The notes beneath the pieces are model-generated. The model was not told where the DNA came from and ran no database searches. It worked only from the letters and a program-made list of their open reading frames with translations. DNA of 34,549 nt from NCBI GenBank assembly GCA_027457225.1, contig DAIDTL010000001.1, positions 1-34,549 of the forward strand, given 5' to 3'. This document shows, piece by piece, positions 29,588-34,549 of the stretch. The position numbers were made by a program, and so were the translations under genes. The stretch comes from Ferrovaceae bacterium. GTDB lineage: Bacteria > Pseudomonadota > Gammaproteobacteria > Burkholderiales > Ferrovaceae. Within the stretch, counting starts at the first letter, position 1; each line of letters begins with the position of its first letter.

Positions 29588-30591
29588 AACGTCAACCCCA
29601 CAGCCGTGTCCTGGCCACTGATTCGGTGCAGCATATGGGCCAGTGGGCGCAATTCGCGATAGCGCACGCAGGTTTCCAGCACATACTGCAACACGCGCGG
29701 CAGGTCCTGCAGGTAGCCCGACTTGCCATCACGGTGATGAAGGCGGGCAAAAATCCCCAGCACTTTCAAATGACGCTGCACGCCCATCCATTCAAAATCA
29801 CGATAGTACTCACCAAAATCGGCGGCTACCGCCAATTGGGCGGCACGGGCCTGCTCCCAATAGCGCACCAGCCAGTCCAGCCTTTGTGCCTCTTCCTGAC
29901 GCACATAGGCATCCTTGAGTAACGACACGGCGTCGTAAGTGATAGGACCATATACTGCATCCTGAAAATCCAGGATCCCGGGATTGGGATGGCACACCAT
30001 GAGGTTGCGCGAATGGTAGTCGCGATGCACAAACACTTTGGGCTGGGCAAGCGCGTTGGCGACAAGGGCGTTGACACTCTGCTCAAAGGCCTTCTGCTCG
30101 GCAGCGTCAAGCTGCTGACCCAAATGGCGCTCCACATACCATTCCGGAAAAAGCGCCACTTCACGGCGCAACAGCGCTTCATCGTATTCCGGCAGACAAC
30201 CGGGGCGACTGGCGCGCTGCAAGGTCACCAGAGCAGACAATGCGGCGCGATACAACTGCTGTGCGGTAGCGTCAGTGGCCCTGGGCGCCGCCAGCGCCTC
30301 GAGGTAAGTGGTGTGCCCCAGATCGGTCAGCAGCAAAAATCCCCGTGCCACATCGGCCCGCAAGATCTGCGGCACATGCACGCCTGCTCCGGCAAACAGT
30401 GCCGCCACCGCCATGAAGGGATGACAGTCTTCCTTTTCTGGCGGGGCGTCCATTACGATGAAGGTTTCCGAGCCGCATGTCAGGCGAAAGTAGCGCCGGA
30501 AACTGGCGTCGGAGGAGGCCGGTGTCAGGGCACTGAGTGGGGCCGGGTGGGTTTCATTGACCCAGGCGTGCAAGGCATTGAGGCGGTGCAA
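29584..30591 (-). CDS. amgK: Anomeric MurNAc/GlcNAc kinase (aminoglycoside-phosphotransferase fold)
   Basis: 335 aa. SDASFRRYFR, catalytic loop HRDYHSRNLM, ILDFQDA. Divergent from lptD, as in the pseudomonad amgK-murU arrangement. TTG start. Confidence 0.85.
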   Translation of the reverse strand: MHRLNALHAWVNETHPAPLSALTPASSDASFRRYFRLTCGSETFIVMDAPPEKEDCHPFMAVAALFAGAGVHVPQILRADVARGFLLLTDLGHTTYLEALAAPRATDATAQQLYRAALSALVTLQRASRPGCLPEYDEALLRREVALFPEWYVERHLGQQLDAAEQKAFEQSVNALVANALAQPKVFVHRDYHSRNLMVCHPNPGILDFQDAVYGPITYDAVSLLKDAYVRQEEAQRLDWLVRYWEQARAAQLAVAADFGEYYRDFEWMGVQRHLKVLGIFARLHHRDGKSGYLQDLPRVLQYVLETCVRYRELRPLAHMLHRISGQDTAVGLTF

Positions 30592-30657
30592 AGAGTAAGC
30601 TCCAGCGTGTCGTGGGAATTGCTTATTGCCTGAATTTATGCGATTTTACCAAAATTA

Positions 30658-33045
30658 TTGCGCCGACCCCTGCTGATGCACCCGAAGCCTCTCTGCGCCT
30701 TGACTCTGGTTTTGGCAATGCTCGCCCAAACCGTGGCCGCGGAGGAGCAGCAACGCCCAGGCCCCACACTAAAATCGGCACCCAGCTTTGATGTCGCGAT
30801 TCCGGGAGCTGCGGGGAGCAACGATCAGGTGGTGTTCATTCGCGCCGACAGCATCACCAGCCAAACCGATGTGGAAATGGATGCCGATGGTCACGCCGAG
30901 GTACGGCGCCAAGGGATTGTGATCACGGCGGATCATATCCACTACCAGCAACCCACCCAGACAGTAGAAGCCAGCGGCAATATACGCATGGTACGCAACA
31001 ACGCCCTGATCCTGGAAGGGCCGCACGCCGTGTACGATCTCGATACCCATCTCGGCTACATGGAATCCCCCACCTTCAGTTACCCCGGCAATGACAAGCG
31101 CCCCTGGACAGCGCGTGGCGATGCCACCTGGCTGGAATTCGTGGCCGATGACAAAGAACGCCTGCTCAACACCGAATACACCACCTGCCCGCTGGGGCGC
31201 AATGACTGGTATATCCGCTCCGGGCAGGTGGATCTGGACCATACCAAGCAGGAGGGGATCAGCAAAGACGGCACCGTTAATTTCTTCGACGTGCCCATCG
31301 TGTATGCGCCGAGCCTGTCCTTCCCGCTCGACAACAATCGCAAATCCGGTGTGCTGGCCCCCACCTATGGGGTCACGGCCACCACCGGGCAGGACATTGC
31401 AGTGCCCTATTATTTCAACATCGCCCCCAACATGGACGACACGGTCACTCCACGCACCATGAGTACCCGCGGTCTGCAACTGGGCAACGAGTTTCGCTAT
31501 CTGGAACCCACGCTCAGCGGCACCCTCAGTACCGAATACATGCAGCGAGACATCGTGACGGGCACCGATCGCTGGTATGGACAATGGATCCACAATCAGC
31601 AAATCCTTCCCGGCCTCAATTTTTCGGCAAACGTGCAAGCGGCCTCGGATCCCAATTACCTGATTGATCTCAGCACCTTGCTGGGTCCGCCGGGGCTCGC
31701 GTATCTGCCGCGGGATTTCAACCTGAGCTATAGCGGGTTGCCTGGCTGGGACATTTCTGCGCACTCCGTGTCGTATCAGACCCTGGTAGGCGCCATCCCG
31801 CAATTCCGCATCGAACCCCAAATCAACGCCCATTGGTCCCAGGACAACTGGAACGGCCTCAACCTGGATTTTTCTTCGCAATACTCGTCATTCCGTAGCC
31901 CCGGACCCAACGTGACGCCGGGCAATGTGATGGTCAACGGCATCACCTACAACTCCAATTACCAATCCATAGACAGCGGCAACCGAACGGTACTCTACCC
32001 CACGCTGACCCTTCCCTGGCGCAACAGCTACAGCTACATGACGTTCAAAACCGGCCTTAATTTCACCGAATATCAACTGGGCGAATTCAACACCGAGCCC
32101 AACAGTCGCTATACCCGTGCCTTGCCTATCACCAGCGTGGACAGCGGCCTGCTGTTTGATCGCGAGACCTCGCTATTTGACAAGTCGGTGGTGCAGACCC
32201 TGGAGCCCCGGCTCTACTACGTCTACATCCCCTATCGGGACCAGTCTCAATTGCCGGTATTTGATACGGCCCTGGCCGACTTCAATCGTTCCACCATCTT
32301 CACGGAAAACCAGTACGACGGAATCGACCGCATCAACAACGCCAACCAGGTCACTGCAGCCGTTACCAGCCGAATCCTCGACCCCAACTCAGGCCAGGAG
32401 ATCATCAACGGCATGATCGGTCAGCGCTTTTATTTCACGCCCAATGCCGTCCTGCTGCCGGGGCAATTGCCGCCCCCCGCCCAGACGTCCGACGTCCTGA
32501 TCTCCCTCGCCGCCCGTGTGACCCAGCGCTGGAAACTGGACAGTTACTTCAATTTCGACGCCCATGACCTGCACACGCAGCAAATGATGGCCAGCACCAC
32601 CTACACAGCGGCCCCAGGCAAAGTCTTCAATCTAAGCTACCGTATCGATACGCCCATCCCCGGCGTCCCGACGATTCTGACCACGCCCACCACCACCTCC
32701 ACCTTCGTTCCCGGGGCCACCACGCCCATCAACGTACTGACCGCCGTCAAACAATGGGATATCTCCAGTGAGTGGCCGCTGTCCAGCCAGCTGTCATTTC
32801 TGGGACGGGTGGCCTATTCCACCCTGGACAATCAAGTAGTGGAAGGCTTGATGGGCCTTGAGTATAATCAGGGGTGCTGGGCCCTGCGGATCATTACCAC
32901 GCGCTTTGCTGTCACCTCTGTTCAAACCAACAGCGCTTTTTACGTACAACTGGAGCTGGGCGGACTGGGCCTGGGTCAGAACCCCCTAGAGGCGTTGCGC
33001 CGGAATATCCCCGGTTACATCAAAACTAACGAGATTATTCCATGA
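30658..33045 (+). CDS. lptD: LPS-assembly outer-membrane protein LptD
   Basis: 795 aa. Signal peptide ending TVAA, an OstA N-terminal domain and a large beta-barrel with a C-terminal aromatic-rich region. Start is TTG 30658 or ATG 30676. Confidence 0.95.
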   Translation: MRRPLLMHPKPLCALTLVLAMLAQTVAAEEQQRPGPTLKSAPSFDVAIPGAAGSNDQVVFIRADSITSQTDVEMDADGHAEVRRQGIVITADHIHYQQPTQTVEASGNIRMVRNNALILEGPHAVYDLDTHLGYMESPTFSYPGNDKRPWTARGDATWLEFVADDKERLLNTEYTTCPLGRNDWYIRSGQVDLDHTKQEGISKDGTVNFFDVPIVYAPSLSFPLDNNRKSGVLAPTYGVTATTGQDIAVPYYFNIAPNMDDTVTPRTMSTRGLQLGNEFRYLEPTLSGTLSTEYMQRDIVTGTDRWYGQWIHNQQILPGLNFSANVQAASDPNYLIDLSTLLGPPGLAYLPRDFNLSYSGLPGWDISAHSVSYQTLVGAIPQFRIEPQINAHWSQDNWNGLNLDFSSQYSSFRSPGPNVTPGNVMVNGITYNSNYQSIDSGNRTVLYPTLTLPWRNSYSYMTFKTGLNFTEYQLGEFNTEPNSRYTRALPITSVDSGLLFDRETSLFDKSVVQTLEPRLYYVYIPYRDQSQLPVFDTALADFNRSTIFTENQYDGIDRINNANQVTAAVTSRILDPNSGQEIINGMIGQRFYFTPNAVLLPGQLPPPAQTSDVLISLAARVTQRWKLDSYFNFDAHDLHTQQMMASTTYTAAPGKVFNLSYRIDTPIPGVPTILTTPTTTSTFVPGATTPINVLTAVKQWDISSEWPLSSQLSFLGRVAYSTLDNQVVEGLMGLEYNQGCWALRIITTRFAVTSVQTNSAFYVQLELGGLGLGQNPLEALRRNIPGYIKTNEIIP

Positions 33046-34406
33046 AGCGATTTCTGATCGGCCTGACCCTGGCAGCCCTCTGGCTGGCCCCATGGACGCA
33101 GGCGGCTGATAACCTGCTGGTGCGCCCCGCACAGGAGGCCAACAAGTCCGGCGTTACGCCCCCTCTGGAAGAGGCCACCCTGCCGGTGGTGGATCGCATC
33201 GTGGCGGTGGTCAACACCAGCGTTATCACCTTCTCCGAGCTTAATGACCGCACCAACATGATTGCGACCCAGTTGACCCGGCAAAACATCACCCTGCCGG
33301 AACGGCATATCCTGATGCGTCAGGTGCTGGAAAAAATGATCATGGACGCCGTTCAGCTCCAGTACGCCAAGGATGCGGGAATTAAAGTGGATGATACCCA
33401 GCTCGATCAGGCCATCGGGCGAATTGCCGAAGAAAACAAACTGCCTCTGGCTGCCTTTCGGGTTGCCGTGGAAAAGGAAGGCGTGACCTGGAGCAAGTTT
33501 CGCGAAGAAATCCGCAACGAAATCATCCTGGTGCACCTGCGCGAACGCGAAGTGGAAAATCGGATCAACGTGTCGGACAGCGAAATTGACGCCCAGATTC
33601 AGGAAGAAAATGCCCGCGGTGGTTCGGCTCAGGATGAGTTTGATCTGGCTCATATCCTGATTAGCGTCCCGGAAAACGCTTCACCTGAACGGGTGGCCCA
33701 ACGCCAGAAAAAAATTCAGGAAGCCTTCGACAAGTTGAACAAGGGCATGGAATTTGCGGAAGTCGCAGCGACCTTCTCTGAGGCTCCCGATGCCTTGAAA
33801 GGCGGCAATTTAGGTTGGCGGCCGGCGGCCCGTCTGCCCTCCCTGTTTGCCAACGCAGCAAGCAAATTGAAACCGGGTGAATACAGCGGCATTCTGCGCA
33901 GCCCCAACGGCTTTCATATCATCAAACTGATCAATCGGCGCGGTTCAGAAGCCCCCGCCCCTATCACCCAGTATCATGTGCGACAAATCCTGGTTAAGCT
34001 CAACCCCGATGCTGGCCCCAATGACGCCTACAACAAGATCCTGGGGCTCTCTGCCCGGTTGTCCGGCGGCGAAGAATTTGGCAGGCTCGCCACCCTAAGT
34101 TCCGAGGACGAAAGCCGCAACCGTGGCGGCGACCTGGGCTGGATTTCCGAAGGCGAGACCCTGCCCCAGTTTGAAAAAGTCGTCAAATCGCTGAAACCGG
34201 GCGAAACCAGTGCACCCTTTGAAACGCCACTGGGTTGGCACATCGTGCAGGTCCTGGAGGTACGACAAGCCGACGCCAACCTGGAACGCCGCCGTCTGGC
34301 GGCACGCCAGGGGCTGCGCGCACGTAAATCGGATGAAGCATTCGACGAGTGGGTGCGCCAATTGCGTGATCAGGCCTATGTGGACATCCGCTTCGACGAA
34401 CGGTAA
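33042..34406 (+). CDS. surA: Periplasmic chaperone / peptidyl-prolyl isomerase SurA
   Basis: 454 aa. Signal peptide, a SurA N-domain and two parvulin domains (GGNLGW..., GGDLGW...GWHIVQV). ATGA overlap with lptD. Confidence 0.95.
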   Translation: MKRFLIGLTLAALWLAPWTQAADNLLVRPAQEANKSGVTPPLEEATLPVVDRIVAVVNTSVITFSELNDRTNMIATQLTRQNITLPERHILMRQVLEKMIMDAVQLQYAKDAGIKVDDTQLDQAIGRIAEENKLPLAAFRVAVEKEGVTWSKFREEIRNEIILVHLREREVENRINVSDSEIDAQIQEENARGGSAQDEFDLAHILISVPENASPERVAQRQKKIQEAFDKLNKGMEFAEVAATFSEAPDALKGGNLGWRPAARLPSLFANAASKLKPGEYSGILRSPNGFHIIKLINRRGSEAPAPITQYHVRQILVKLNPDAGPNDAYNKILGLSARLSGGEEFGRLATLSSEDESRNRGGDLGWISEGETLPQFEKVVKSLKPGETSAPFETPLGWHIVQVLEVRQADANLERRRLAARQGLRARKSDEAFDEWVRQLRDQAYVDIRFDER

Positions 34407-34549
34407 ACCCGTCATCGGCCTGTCGGCCGGCGAACCCGCGGGTATCGGTCCTGACCTGTGTCTGTTACTGGCCCGCCATGACTATCCGGCGCACCTCGTG
34501 GTGGCGGCCGATCGCAAGGTGATGGGCGCCCGCGCGCACTTACTCGGGC
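34378..34549 (+). CDS. pdxA: 4-hydroxythreonine-4-phosphate dehydrogenase, 5' partial (runs off the window)
   Basis: My translation from ATG 34378 gives MWTSASTNGKPVIGLSAGEPAGIGPDLCLLLA, with the GEPAGIGPD PdxA signature. It overlaps the surA end by 29 nt. Not in the ORF track because no stop is reached. Confidence 0.85.
   Translation, partial: MWTSASTNGKPVIGLSAGEPAGIGPDLCLLLARHDYPAHLVVAADRKVMGARAHLLG

Overview
GC-rich, tightly packed chromosomal window whose gene order looks betaproteobacterial (inferred from synteny only). Nearly all of it is recognisable core metabolism and cell-envelope housekeeping.

Layout:
- Minus strand, 12332 down to 865: a virtually gap-free train. It runs from a 1108-aa GAF/GGDEF/EAL c-di-GMP protein through acyl-CoA dehydrogenase, thiolase, enoyl-CoA hydratase/3-hydroxyacyl-CoA dehydrogenase, an acyl-CoA ligase (fadD-like) and nitronate monooxygenase to tRNA-Phe.
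- Plus strand, 12467-24417: a DUF1134 gene, miaB-ybeZ-ybeY-corC-lnt, a YdeN-like hydrolase, tRNA-Met(CAT), dsbB, glyQ-glyS, gmhB and a plsC-like/DUF45 fusion ORF.
- Minus strand, 30591 down to 24462: amgK-murU-pepP-ubiH-(ubiI/F-like)-dsbC, joined by 4-nt start/stop overlaps.
- Plus strand, 30658 to the window end: lptD-surA-pdxA (pdxA partial).
- A partial minus-strand ORF (1-376) and a 488-bp non-coding spacer sit at the left edge.

I see no CRISPR array, transposase, integrase, phage or toxin/defence-like genes, and no convincing novel multi-gene system.

Observations most worth a second look:
1. The c-di-GMP protein has about 365 aa of sensor-like sequence inserted between its GGDEF and EAL domains, and it abuts the beta-oxidation genes with a 2-nt gap.
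2. Three envelope-gene anomalies fall within 5.5 kb: a dsbB start offset by 1 nt, an in-frame TGA in gmhB, and a plsC-DUF45 ORF fusion.
3. A CDS has its stop codon inside tRNA-Phe.
4. The left-hand spacer carries a perfect 14-bp inverted repeat.

All function calls come from reading motifs in the supplied translations. No database search was run.
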